From the NCBI GenBank assembly GCA_963796965.1, contig CAWCNS010000007.1, forward strand, positions 448,001 through 512,000: a stretch of DNA of 64,000 nt. The letters are read 5' to 3'. Both the position numbers and the translations under genes were made by a program. This document shows positions 22,235-32,471 of this stretch, one piece after another. The notes beneath the pieces were generated by a model. The model saw only the letters and a list, made by a program, of their open reading frames with translations, ran no database searches and was not told the origin of the DNA. Source of the stretch: Calditrichia bacterium. GTDB lineage: Bacteria > Calditrichota > Calditrichia > JAJRVZ01. Each line of letters opens with the position of its first letter. Positions within the stretch are counted from its first letter, which is position 1.

Positions 22235-23659
22235 TCAACATACTTTTATACAATCGATCTGAATTAATTTGGCCAGGTATTCAATTTTTTTTGCAATATG
22301 GCCGATACCTATCGCACAATGATGAGAAGGCCCCTCTTTTGACCAGTTATTGATAAATTCACGTACCCCTATTGAAAATGTATACCGGCTATTTGTATTT
22401 CCTATTTGCAAGGTTTCTCCTGGCACAGATTCCCCTTCAGCAGTTAACAATTTTATCTTCCCCTCTTTGGATTGCAGTACAGATAATAGGGTAACGGGTC
22501 CATTTTTAACTTTCATCTGTATGGAGAGACCTTTTCCCGGTTTTCCATGGTAAACCGGCAAAGGAACCAATGCAACCTTACCATCTGCAATATCAGGATG
22601 GGCCGGACCATCGTGTCCCAATAAAACAACATCTTCATTAAAATCCATCGCATAGAATTCTGAGAATGAACCACCGGTTCCAAATAAATCCATAATTTTC
22701 ATGGCCTGGGCATTTTTTATTTCACATTCTCCCGCAACCGGAACATTTTGGCTGGTAAGAAGCGTAAATCCTGGAATGACAGAGGTAATGATATCCTCGT
22801 AAATGGGGTCTCCAACACCTTCATAATAATAAGCCATTGCACCCAATTTATGCTCCTTCACCATCTTATCGAGGGCAACAGCTGTTTGTGCTGCTCTATG
22901 CAATTCATGCTCCGTACATTCGGAAGAGACGTCAAATACAGCATGAAATTGATCAATTTTATCTCGGATTTCTGAATTTGTGGTTTCGTCGCGAAGTTTT
23001 TTGATAACGCCAAATTCAATTAATTCAATATGTGTTCCAAAAGTAGTCGATTGTAGCGTGAGATCTGTGTAAACATCTAACATTCCATTGTAATAATGCC
23101 CAACTACACCTAATCGGTTTTGGCCCATGGCTTTTTTTACCTTGAGTGCAGATATCCAGTTGCTCAGATCCATCCACACTTTGTCATCTTCCAGATACCC
23201 TGTTACCAACTGATAATCGATGTCACTTCGATTGAATACCGAGGCAAGCTCCGGCAAAACACAAGCCTGACAATGAGCCAACCACTCTCCTGTCATTACC
23301 CCCCTATCCTTCATACTATTTAATTTATTATAGTCAATCGCCGGAACAGGTTGAAGATTGAGTACGATAACCGGTACCTGGCAGGCCTTTACCAGAGGTA
23401 AAACATTATGCGAGAGGGCATATGTGGAGATGAATAAACATACAACATCAATTTCACTACGTTTGAATAGACCAGCTGCTTCTTCTGCTTTGAATGGATT
23501 ATCCACCATCCCCGCATCTATTATCTCTACCTCATAGGTGTTCAATTTTTCTTTGATCTGATCTTTATAGCCTAATAAACGGGGCAACAGACCTTCAAAT
23601 TGCGGCCAGTAGGTATCTAAACCTATACAAAAGAAACCAATCTTTAGTTTTTGTTGCAT
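22235..23659 (-). CDS. L-arabinose/L-fucose isomerase family protein (cytoplasmic)
   Basis: AGECE, SFSEF, LGHDGP and SHHCAIG metal-site motifs of the AraA fold; no signal peptide. Confidence 0.85.
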   Translation of the reverse strand: MQQKLKIGFFCIGLDTYWPQFEGLLPRLLGYKDQIKEKLNTYEVEIIDAGMVDNPFKAEEAAGLFKRSEIDVVCLFISTYALSHNVLPLVKACQVPVIVLNLQPVPAIDYNKLNSMKDRGVMTGEWLAHCQACVLPELASVFNRSDIDYQLVTGYLEDDKVWMDLSNWISALKVKKAMGQNRLGVVGHYYNGMLDVYTDLTLQSTTFGTHIELIEFGVIKKLRDETTNSEIRDKIDQFHAVFDVSSECTEHELHRAAQTAVALDKMVKEHKLGAMAYYYEGVGDPIYEDIITSVIPGFTLLTSQNVPVAGECEIKNAQAMKIMDLFGTGGSFSEFYAMDFNEDVVLLGHDGPAHPDIADGKVALVPLPVYHGKPGKGLSIQMKVKNGPVTLLSVLQSKEGKIKLLTAEGESVPGETLQIGNTNSRYTFSIGVREFINNWSKEGPSHHCAIGIGHIAKKIEYLAKLIQIDCIKVC

Positions 23660-24185
23660 TTCAGAGCCCTTAAATATTATGAAATGTAAAAATATCAGAA
23701 TGGAATATTATAATGAATGAAATCAAATCAATCAAATGGATAATTGACTCATTCGGTTTGACAGGATAACAGGATAAATGAATTTGATTATATATTTACA
23801 TGAATTATTCAATTACTACTAAATGTCATGATATTTAAATCTTTCATTAGATACTACCTTTTATTATATTGGGACACCGGTAAATCTGCCTGTTCTGGCG
23901 ACATTTTAAAACAAATAATCAAATCCTATAATATATCAGTCTGGTTAGATAAATATTTAATCGTATTAGACGACCCACATGTTTGTAACGGCGCGATTCA
24001 TCGCACCGCAACAATACATAAAGCGGCATTGATAAAGGAAGAACCTCTTACGTTTCAAAAATAGTAACATGAAATGAACCTATATGGAATATAATGGCGT
24101 GATTAATCGTACCGCTCCGATGTTGGACTAATCCAGAGACATTATCCTCATTTTAACAATCAAATGGTATATAAGGAGTTTAAAT

Positions 24186-25505
24186 ATGAATCCGATAAAC
24201 CGGCGAAATTTTTTAAAATCTTCTATGTACACTGCAACTGCTTTTAGCATTATCCCATCTTATGTTTTGGGAAAAGGAAAGCAGGTGACTGCCAACGATA
24301 AACTCAATATCGCCGGTATTGGGGTTGGTGGTATGGGAAAAGAATATCTTAAAGGTGCTCAGAGTGAAAATATTATAGCTCTTTGCGATGTGGATGATGC
24401 TTACGCGGCAAAAGCTTATGGCCTTTTTCCAAAAGCAAAACGTTATCAGGATTTCCGTATTATGCTTGAAAAAGAAAAAGGAATTGATGCCATTATGATC
24501 GGAACACCTGATCATTCCCATGCAATAATAACTAAATATGCCCTGGGAATGGAAAAACATGTCTATTGTGCCAAACCACTTACCAGAACAGTTTCAGAAT
24601 CCCGAACACTTACTGAAATGGCCCATAAGACCAACCTCGCCACCCAAGTGAGTATGCAAATGAATGCTTCTGAAGACCATAGGTTAATTGCAGAATGGAT
24701 TGCAGCTGGGGCCATCGGCCCGGTGCGTGCAGTTCATATATGGTCAAACAGACCTATTTGGCCCCAGGGTATTAACCGGCCTGAAGCAACACCAGCAATT
24801 CCTCCAACCCTTAACTGGGATTTATGGCTTGGACCTGCCCCAAAAAGACCTTACCATCCGGCTTATGTGCCTTTTAAATGGCGGGGATGGTGGGATTTTG
24901 GCAGTGGTGCCCTGGGTGATATGGGATGCCACGCTTTTGATCCGGTCTTCCGTGCTCTAAAATTAGGCTATCCAACAAGTGTTGAAGCAAGTTCTACTAA
25001 ACTTTTTGCTGAAACTGCCCCGGTCGCATCAATAGTCCATTATGATTTTCCAAAACGGGATAAAATGCCTGCTCTAAAATTGACCTGGTTCGATGGAGAG
25101 TTAACACCACCAAGACCATCTTTACTGGAACCAGGGCGCCAAATGGGGGATGGTTTTGGTGGTATTCTTTTTTATGGAAATGATGGTATACTTATGGCAG
25201 GCGGAATCGGTGGAAGTCCACGCCTGATTCCTGAGACGCGTATGAAAGAATTCCAACAACCTGATAAGACCCTTCCCAGATCTCCGGGTCATTATAAGGA
25301 GTGGATAAATGCCTGTAAAGGTGGAAAGCCTGCCGGATGCAACTTTGATTATGCCGGTCCCCTTACTGAGACAGTTTTATTGGGTAATGTGGCCATTCGC
25401 ACCGGTAAGAAACTATTCTGGGACGCCAAGAACTTAGAATTCAGCACCGATGATGAGGCAAATCGCTTTTTACGTGAGCCTTATCATAATGGCTGGACAT
25501 TATAA
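24186..25505 (+). CDS. Tat-exported Gfo/Idh/MocA family oxidoreductase
   Basis: NRRNFLK Tat motif, GIGVGGMG, TPDHSH, HVYCAKP, WDLWLGPAP, GDMGCH. Confidence 0.92.
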   Translation: MNPINRRNFLKSSMYTATAFSIIPSYVLGKGKQVTANDKLNIAGIGVGGMGKEYLKGAQSENIIALCDVDDAYAAKAYGLFPKAKRYQDFRIMLEKEKGIDAIMIGTPDHSHAIITKYALGMEKHVYCAKPLTRTVSESRTLTEMAHKTNLATQVSMQMNASEDHRLIAEWIAAGAIGPVRAVHIWSNRPIWPQGINRPEATPAIPPTLNWDLWLGPAPKRPYHPAYVPFKWRGWWDFGSGALGDMGCHAFDPVFRALKLGYPTSVEASSTKLFAETAPVASIVHYDFPKRDKMPALKLTWFDGELTPPRPSLLEPGRQMGDGFGGILFYGNDGILMAGGIGGSPRLIPETRMKEFQQPDKTLPRSPGHYKEWINACKGGKPAGCNFDYAGPLTETVLLGNVAIRTGKKLFWDAKNLEFSTDDEANRFLREPYHNGWTL

Positions 25506-25750
25506 TTTTTCAGGTGAGTAATGTATAGGAGTTATAGCCCATCTTAAAGATGGACTACAATGGACTAGTTTAACACTCTGATTTTATTTCAGGATCGTCA
25601 TTGAAAGATTCTGAAATAAATTCAGAATGACTTTCTAACTAAATTTAAACCACTAAACTATAGATTTTTCAAGGGATTCATCAATCATTAATTTTGTGAT
25701 TTATATAAAAACTTTGTGAAATAAAACTCTAATCAAAGGAGATCATATTA

Positions 25751-27193
25751 ATGAAAACAAAAAATTTTCCTAAAAACCCATATTCTTCTTTAATTTCACG
25801 ACGTGACTTTTTAGGTAATTGTGCCGCCTGTGCCGCAGGTGCTGCGGTTTTATCCGCCCTACCCATCTCACCTCTTTTTGCTACGATGGACAATTTATTA
25901 GCCGAAAAGACAAAAATTCGGATCATCTACGCCCATCCGGACCCAACACAGCCAAATTGGCCAAATATTGATTATGATTTCAAGGGCCATATAAAAGAAG
26001 TCCATAATCAATTATTAAAGAATTGTCCTCAAATTGAATTATCTGCTGTTACTACTTCCTCTGGAAGCAAAGAAGAGGGATATCATCTGCTGCAAGATGC
26101 ATCAAAATATGATGGCTATCTTATTTATCTGGCGGGTTGCCTTTGGGGTGATATGACAGAGACGGTAATGGCCTCGGGAAAACCTACGGTAATCGTTGAT
26201 CATCTTTTTGCAGGTTCCGGTGAATTCTTAACCAGTTATGCCAGAGCCAAACGAAACGGAAACCGGGTTCTGGCTGTTTCATCTTCACGTTTCGAGGATA
26301 TTGTTGATGCGGTCAAATGCATCGATTGTGTGCAAAAACTGAAACTTTCGACCATGCTGGTGGTTGGGCGGGATACGGATAACCAGATTAGACGCGCATA
26401 TGGTACTACAGTCAAAAAAATTGAGTTTAATACCATAAATGATAGTTATAAAAAGGTAAACCCTAGTGATGCTCAGGCTGTAGCTGACCGTTGGATCAAG
26501 GAAGCAGAAAAGGTAATTGAACCGTCAGAAGTAGATATTCAGAAAGCCGCGGGAATGTACCTGGCCATGCGTAATGTGATGGAAAAAAATAATGCCCAAG
26601 CCATTACAGTCAATTGTCTTGGCGGTATTTATAGTGGTAAAATGGTAGAAGCCTATCCCTGCTTAGGGTTTATGCAGCTTGATAATGATGGCCTGGTTGG
26701 TGGTTGTGAGGCAGATCAAAAATCCGCAATGACAAAATTATTAATGACCTATCTGACAGGTCGCCCGGGACTGATATCAGATCCGGTAATAGATACATCA
26801 AAGAACCAGATAATTTATGCCCATTGTGTGGCCTCTACAAAGGTATTTGGACCGGATGGACCATCGAATCCCTATCATCTGCGTGATCATTCCGAGGACC
26901 ATAAAGGTGCCTGCTGTCGTTCCCTGATGCCTCTGGGTGAAATGACAACAACCATTCTTTTCGATCACAATAAAAAACAGGTCATTTTACACCAGGGAGA
27001 AACGGTGGAGAATGTCGATGAGTACCGGGCTTGTCGCACGAAATTAGCCGTTGAAGTTAAGGGCGATGTATATAAACTCCTGAATTACTGGGATGAATGG
27101 GGCTGGCATCGTGTTACCTTCTTTGGGGATTTGAAACGACCCGTTTACGATGTTGCTTCTCTGCTTGGATTTGAGGTAATTGAAGAGGCGTAG
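25751..27193 (+). CDS. Tat-signal L-fucose/L-arabinose isomerase-fold protein (COG2407-like), paralog 1
   Basis: SRRDFL Tat motif; AITVNCL, YPCLG, GCEAD, SDP, YAHC, HSE, CRTK, GWHRVTFFGD. Confidence 0.7.
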   Translation: MKTKNFPKNPYSSLISRRDFLGNCAACAAGAAVLSALPISPLFATMDNLLAEKTKIRIIYAHPDPTQPNWPNIDYDFKGHIKEVHNQLLKNCPQIELSAVTTSSGSKEEGYHLLQDASKYDGYLIYLAGCLWGDMTETVMASGKPTVIVDHLFAGSGEFLTSYARAKRNGNRVLAVSSSRFEDIVDAVKCIDCVQKLKLSTMLVVGRDTDNQIRRAYGTTVKKIEFNTINDSYKKVNPSDAQAVADRWIKEAEKVIEPSEVDIQKAAGMYLAMRNVMEKNNAQAITVNCLGGIYSGKMVEAYPCLGFMQLDNDGLVGGCEADQKSAMTKLLMTYLTGRPGLISDPVIDTSKNQIIYAHCVASTKVFGPDGPSNPYHLRDHSEDHKGACCRSLMPLGEMTTTILFDHNKKQVILHQGETVENVDEYRACRTKLAVEVKGDVYKLLNYWDEWGWHRVTFFGDLKRPVYDVASLLGFEVIEEA

Positions 27194-27287
27194 GTGGCCA
27201 CGGATTACACTGATTAGAACGAATTTCTCGTTTTAATTTTCAATAAATACAAACCGAATTCAATAGGGAATGTAAATACTGATTTAT

Positions 27288-27315
27288 GTAATGGCCGTTC
27301 GCGAACGACCACTAC
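27288..27315. repeat. GTAG/CTAC-type REP (family B)
   Basis: GTAATGGCCGTTCGCGAACGACCACTAC; near-identical copy at 28937-28960. Confidence 0.8.
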
Positions 27316-27392
27316 TAATAAATATTATTTTTCTTTGCGCCTTTGCGTCTCTGCGTGAGGACAATAAAACAATAAGCTAAGGATAATTATTA

Positions 27393-28850
27393 ATGGATTA
27401 CTTAAAAAATGTTGAAAAGACATTAACACGTCGCAATTTTCTCATGAGCACGGGTATGTTAACATTAGGCTCATTTTTACCTCCCCAATTTCTATGGGCA
27501 GATAGTCTATTAGAGGATGATTTGATCAAAGCCTGTGGCCCTGCCTCGAAATATCGGTCAAAACTATCGGTAGCATTTGTCCGCCGGGAAGGGGAATACG
27601 GTATGTGGTGGCCAGGACAGATCTATGATGGAGACGCCGCGTTAAAAAAATATCAATCTCAGATCAGCGAGACCGCTCAATTATTGAATATGGACCTGGA
27701 TCTTCGTCCATCACCTATTTTCTCTAATGAAGAGGCTGACCATTGGATTGGACAGACAAAAGACCGACAACCTGATGGCGTGATGGTAGTGGTTTTAGAC
27801 AGACAACAGCATGCCTGGCCAACCGTAGGCAAAGCGATTGATACCAAGATACCAACCATTGTATTTTCGCCTCTGGGAACTTCATTTACCACCAATACAA
27901 CAAAGCCATCAAAGAAAGAAGGTGTCTATATTTGCTCCACTGATGATTTCAGACAAGTTGCCGGAGCAATAAAAATGATTAACGCGGGAGCAAAATTACG
28001 CGAAACAAAATTCTTAGTAATCAAGGGAGACCAGAGAACTGAAAGTAAGATTGCTCATATTGGAACTAAGTTGCAGTATATACCCGCCCAAGATTTTGTT
28101 GATGCATATAAAAGCATTAAAAACAATAATACTTTAAAAAATCTCACCGCCGATCTTATTCGAAACGCAACCATGCTAAATGGCCCATCAGAACAGGATG
28201 TTTCCAATGGAATTAAAAGCTACCTGGTAGCAAAGAACTTGCTTGAACGGGAAGGATGCGATGGTATTACCATGGATTGCCTTGGCGCATTAAAAGATTC
28301 AAAGATCAGTTTGCCCTGTATTGCCTGGTCAAAAATGAATGACCATCAGATTCCTGCCGCCTGTGAAGCCGATTTGGGTGCCTGCGTCACACATGCCATC
28401 GTTCAATATATGTTTGATAAACCCGGTTTTCAACAAGATCCGGTTGCTGAAACAGTACAAGATTGTCTCATTGGCTCTCACTGTAGTTGCCCTACAAAAC
28501 TAAATGGATTTAAAAATAGTTCCGAGCCCTATGACATTGTTGTTCACCATGCTAACCGGGATGCCACGGCCAGAACCGTATGGCAATTGGGTCAGCGGAT
28601 TACTGTGGCTGATCTTATCTTGTCAGAAAAAAAAGAAGAGATTGAAATGATCATATCTGCCGGAGAAGTGGTTGCGAATAAATCTATTCCACCTGCAGGT
28701 GGTTGCGTCGTAGCTCCAATGGTAAAATTGGATAATGTGAATGATACCTTAGATTATCCAGGATTCCATCAGGTATTCTTTTACGGGGATCATAAAAAAG
28801 ACTTAAAGGCCTATTGCGGGTTGTATGGGATTAAACCGGTTGTGGTGTGA
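27393..28850 (+). CDS. Tat-signal L-fucose/L-arabinose isomerase-fold protein, paralog 2
   Basis: TRRNFL; GITMDCL, LPCIA, ACEAD, QQDP, GSHC, GGC, GFHQVFFYGD. Confidence 0.68.
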   Translation: MDYLKNVEKTLTRRNFLMSTGMLTLGSFLPPQFLWADSLLEDDLIKACGPASKYRSKLSVAFVRREGEYGMWWPGQIYDGDAALKKYQSQISETAQLLNMDLDLRPSPIFSNEEADHWIGQTKDRQPDGVMVVVLDRQQHAWPTVGKAIDTKIPTIVFSPLGTSFTTNTTKPSKKEGVYICSTDDFRQVAGAIKMINAGAKLRETKFLVIKGDQRTESKIAHIGTKLQYIPAQDFVDAYKSIKNNNTLKNLTADLIRNATMLNGPSEQDVSNGIKSYLVAKNLLEREGCDGITMDCLGALKDSKISLPCIAWSKMNDHQIPAACEADLGACVTHAIVQYMFDKPGFQQDPVAETVQDCLIGSHCSCPTKLNGFKNSSEPYDIVVHHANRDATARTVWQLGQRITVADLILSEKKEEIEMIISAGEVVANKSIPPAGGCVVAPMVKLDNVNDTLDYPGFHQVFFYGDHKKDLKAYCGLYGIKPVVV

Positions 28851-28876
28851 GAACAGTAAAAATCAAGAAAAAGCGA

Positions 28877-29029
28877 TCCATGAATTACACGGATTATAGC
28901 GAATTTCACGAATTTAATTGATATAAAATGTAATTATGGCCGTTCGCGAACGGCCACTACATAACAACCATTTAACAATCACCAAAAATATATTAATTTA
29001 ATTAGTGTAAATTCGTGCAATTAGTGGTC
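28877..29029. repeat. Family C inverted arms enclosing a family B REP (28937-28960)
   Basis: TCCATGAATTACACGGATT...CACGAATT left arm, AATTAGTGTAAATTCGTGCAATTAGTGG right arm; TGGCCGTTCGCGAACGGCCA-CTAC inside. Confidence 0.75.
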
Positions 29030-29095
29030 AATAATTTTTTTCTTTTGTCTTTTTTCCTTTGTCTTGAGGAAAATAATAATACAAAGGATTCTATA

Positions 29096-30556
29096 ATGAG
29101 ATCAAAGGTTCTTTCTCTCACTTTTCTTGCATCTGCACTCTTGTTTTTTTTCTTCATTTCCTCATGCGAGAACATACCCAAAAAACCCAACATCATATTC
29201 ATATTTGCTGATGAGTGGCGGGCGCAGGCAACCGGTTTTATGGGAAACAATGATGTAAAAACACCCAATATAGATGCATTAGCAGCAGAGGGTATTGTGT
29301 TCAGGAATGCGGTCTCCGGTTGTCCTGTCTGCAGTCCCTATCGCGCCAGCCTTCTAACCGGTCAATACCCCTTGACCCATGGCGTGTTTTATAATGACAA
29401 ACCACTCAACACATCATCACCAACTATTGCCGAAGTATATAAATCGGCTGGTTATACAACTGGCTATATTGGGAAATGGCATGTAAACGGTCATTCTAAA
29501 AACAGGAATAGGGGATCCAGCCGACGATCGCCGGTTCCATTGGAACGTCGCAGAGGTTTTGATTTCTGGAAAGTGTGCGAATGCACACATGATTATAATA
29601 ATTCCATTTATTTTGATGAGAATGACAATAAACATACCTGGGACGGATATGATGCTATCGCCCAGACAAGTGTGGCACGAAAGTATATTAAAAATAATGC
29701 AGAACAGGATAAACCATTTATATTATTTCTTTCCTGGGGGCCACCTCATGATCCTTATCATACAGCACCAAAAATATATGAGGACATGTATAAAGATTAC
29801 CAGAATTTATCCCTGCGACCCAACGTCCCTGTTGAACTTACGGAAGTAGCCCGTAAGAAAATGGCAGGATATTATGCACATATCACGGCTCTTGATGACT
29901 GTATGGGTGCATTACTGCAAACTATTAGAGAATCTGGGATTGAATCAGAGACCATCCTGGTCTTTACATCAGATCATGGAGAAATGCTGCACTCTCATGG
30001 CATGACAAAAAAACAAAAACCCTGGGATGAATCAATATTAGTCCCTTTCATTCTACGCTATCCTGATATGCAAGGTGAAAAAGGCTTTGTTATTAATACG
30101 CCTCTGAACACACCGGACATTATGCCAACCCTACTTGGACTATCAGGCCTGGATATTCCAAAATCAGTTGAGGGTACGGATTTATCCAATTTGATCAAGC
30201 ATAATGATAAAATAATCGACAGAGCTGCCTTACTTCAGTTCCCTGTACCCTTCCATCAATGGAACTACCGCAATGGTGGTAAGGAGTATCGGGGAATCAG
30301 GACATCGCAGTATACATATGTAAGAGATTTACAGGGTCCATGGTTATTATTTGATAATTTTGCCGATCCATATCAACTAAACAATTTAGTCAACAAGCCA
30401 AAAAACTATAAGCTGCAGACAAAACTGGAAAGATTATTAGCAAAGGAACTCTCTCAAAGAAATGACCTGTTTTTACCTGGACCGGTTTATATGAAAAAGT
30501 GGGAGTATACATGGGATAAAAATGACGCGCCTGACGCAGATCCGCTCATAAAATGA
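29096..30556 (+). CDS. Family S1 sulfatase, lipoprotein
   Basis: KPNIIFIFADEWR, CSPYR (CxPxR), GKWH, SDHGE; lipobox ISSC; start ATG 29096. Confidence 0.92.
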   Translation: MRSKVLSLTFLASALLFFFFISSCENIPKKPNIIFIFADEWRAQATGFMGNNDVKTPNIDALAAEGIVFRNAVSGCPVCSPYRASLLTGQYPLTHGVFYNDKPLNTSSPTIAEVYKSAGYTTGYIGKWHVNGHSKNRNRGSSRRSPVPLERRRGFDFWKVCECTHDYNNSIYFDENDNKHTWDGYDAIAQTSVARKYIKNNAEQDKPFILFLSWGPPHDPYHTAPKIYEDMYKDYQNLSLRPNVPVELTEVARKKMAGYYAHITALDDCMGALLQTIRESGIESETILVFTSDHGEMLHSHGMTKKQKPWDESILVPFILRYPDMQGEKGFVINTPLNTPDIMPTLLGLSGLDIPKSVEGTDLSNLIKHNDKIIDRAALLQFPVPFHQWNYRNGGKEYRGIRTSQYTYVRDLQGPWLLFDNFADPYQLNNLVNKPKNYKLQTKLERLLAKELSQRNDLFLPGPVYMKKWEYTWDKNDAPDADPLIK

Positions 30557-30665
30557 TAAATTGAACCTCAACGATTTTGTATTCTTAGGAATCACGAAGT
30601 TCCACGAAGGAAAAAAGAAGTAAAATATAAAAAAAATTACTCTAAGAAGGAGAAAAAACGAAAAG

Positions 30666-30757
30666 GTCATCCTGAACTTGTTTCTCCAAAGGAGTCCTTT
30701 GGACAGGATCTATTGATTTTATTGGCGTTATAGATGCCGAAAAAAATTCGGCATGAC
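30666..30757. repeat. Family A REP pair; first copy carries a 20-nt nested palindrome
   Basis: GTCATCCTGAACTTGTTT[CTCCAAAGGAGTCCTTTGGA]CAGGATCT and AGATGCCGAAAAAAATTCGGCATGAC. Confidence 0.8.
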
Positions 30758-30941
30758 GTTAAAGACCTTTTTTGAGTGGACACATAGATATTTATTATGA
30801 AAATTAACTTGGGATGAGAGAAAAATAAGAAATTTATTTTTCAATTTATTTAAAACTTCGTTAATCTTTATGAGACCTTCGTGTCTCTTCGGGATATTTT
30901 TTTTAGAAATTAATCATTGTTCTCGAATAAAAGGAGGAAAT

Positions 30942-32396
30942 ATGTGCTGTCTATGTGAAGAAAATCAAATGCAACGTCGGGACTTTTTAAAAACCATGGG
31001 TGTCGTTACAGCTGGAATATCACTCGCACCTGGACAGATATGGGCAAATAATACTGGTTCAGGTCAAAATACGCCAAAGCAGAAACCTACCATATATTGC
31101 GCTTTTATTTATCCTCCCAGTAAAGAATTAAAGGAGGAAGGTTATTATAGTTGGCCGGGATCGGGCTTTGATGCTGAGGGTAGGCAGAAAGAATATACAG
31201 ATCAACTGAAAAAAATAGAAAAATCATTAGATTTGGTGATTCATTTTGAAAAAAAGCAACTCAATACCGACACTGATGTCACAAGTTTTATTCAGAGGAC
31301 AAAACAAAAAAATCCGGATGGATTACTGCTGATACCTTTTAAAAAAGGTCATTGGGACCATGTCATTAAAATAATTGATGAAGTCAAAATCCCATCCATT
31401 ATTCTCGCTACTTTGGGTGTGCTGCTTAATCGCTCTATAAGAGAGGTAAAATACAGACCTGGGGTTTATATGATTAGTTCCCTTGATAATCTTGATGCGG
31501 TTGGCAAAGGACTTAAAATGATTTCTGCAGGTCGCCGTATGAAGGATAGTCGTATCATAAACATAACAGGAACGGAGACAATGGAGTCGAAAGTACCTTA
31601 CATTGGGACTACGGTACTCACGATTCCTCACCAGATATTCTATGATAAATTTAAAGAAGTAACTATTAATTCTGATGTAAAAAATCTGGCTGACCAATAT
31701 ACTAAGAATGCGGTTGAAATTGTTGAGCCGAATCAAAAAGATATTATTGATGCTGCCCGCGCCTATTTTGCATTTAAAAATTTGCTCACAGATGTCCAGG
31801 GTGATGCCATCATGATGAATTGTCTGCCGGGTTTAAAACATCCTCACCAACATGTACCGCCCTGCATGGGGTTTATGCAATTACGGGATGAAGGCATACC
31901 AATGGGTTGTGAATCTGATCTGGATGCAACCTTAACAATGATGCTGGAACAATATCTCTTTGACCGCCCCGGATTCCAGCACAATCCTGCAGCAGACACA
32001 GAAAATGACCATTATTTTGGCGCTCACTGTACGGCGCCAACAAAAATGCTTGGAGCCGATCAACCAGCCGAGCCTTATGCCCTCAGAAATCATGCCGAGG
32101 CAGGATGGGGTGTTGTACCACGCGTATTAATGAGAGAGAACCAGGACGTGACGATTGCTAAATATCTGTCTTCCAAAAAAGATGAACAACCACAGATCTT
32201 GCTTTATTCGGGCAAGACGGCGGGCTGCCCTCCAACTCCTCCTGCAGGAGGATGTCGGACCAATATCATAACGACCATTAATGAATTGGATGATATTGCC
32301 CAATTAAAAGGCCACCATCTATGTATGATTTATGGCAATTATGTAAAAGAATTTAAAATTTTTAGTCAATTATACGAAATTGAGGTGGTTGTATAA
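30942..32396 (+). CDS. Tat-signal L-fucose/L-arabinose isomerase-fold protein, paralog 3
   Basis: AGGAGG RBS then MCCLC..QRRDFLK; AIMMNCL, PPCMG, GCESD, QHNP, GAHC, HAE, GGCRT, GHHLCMIYGN. Confidence 0.68.
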   Translation: MCCLCEENQMQRRDFLKTMGVVTAGISLAPGQIWANNTGSGQNTPKQKPTIYCAFIYPPSKELKEEGYYSWPGSGFDAEGRQKEYTDQLKKIEKSLDLVIHFEKKQLNTDTDVTSFIQRTKQKNPDGLLLIPFKKGHWDHVIKIIDEVKIPSIILATLGVLLNRSIREVKYRPGVYMISSLDNLDAVGKGLKMISAGRRMKDSRIINITGTETMESKVPYIGTTVLTIPHQIFYDKFKEVTINSDVKNLADQYTKNAVEIVEPNQKDIIDAARAYFAFKNLLTDVQGDAIMMNCLPGLKHPHQHVPPCMGFMQLRDEGIPMGCESDLDATLTMMLEQYLFDRPGFQHNPAADTENDHYFGAHCTAPTKMLGADQPAEPYALRNHAEAGWGVVPRVLMRENQDVTIAKYLSSKKDEQPQILLYSGKTAGCPPTPPAGGCRTNIITTINELDDIAQLKGHHLCMIYGNYVKEFKIFSQLYEIEVVV

Positions 32397-32471
32397 GTAA
32401 TGTATATATAAACGTGTAAAATGTCTTTTAAAATTGGATGTGGTCTTTTATAATTTAAAAGGAGGCAAAAC

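Noticed and set aside
23828..24064. 78-aa ORF in the divergent promoter region (similarly 17606-17794, 20058-20258, 44194-44385)
   Set aside because: No RBS or recognisable domain; these overlap REP or heptamer repeats.
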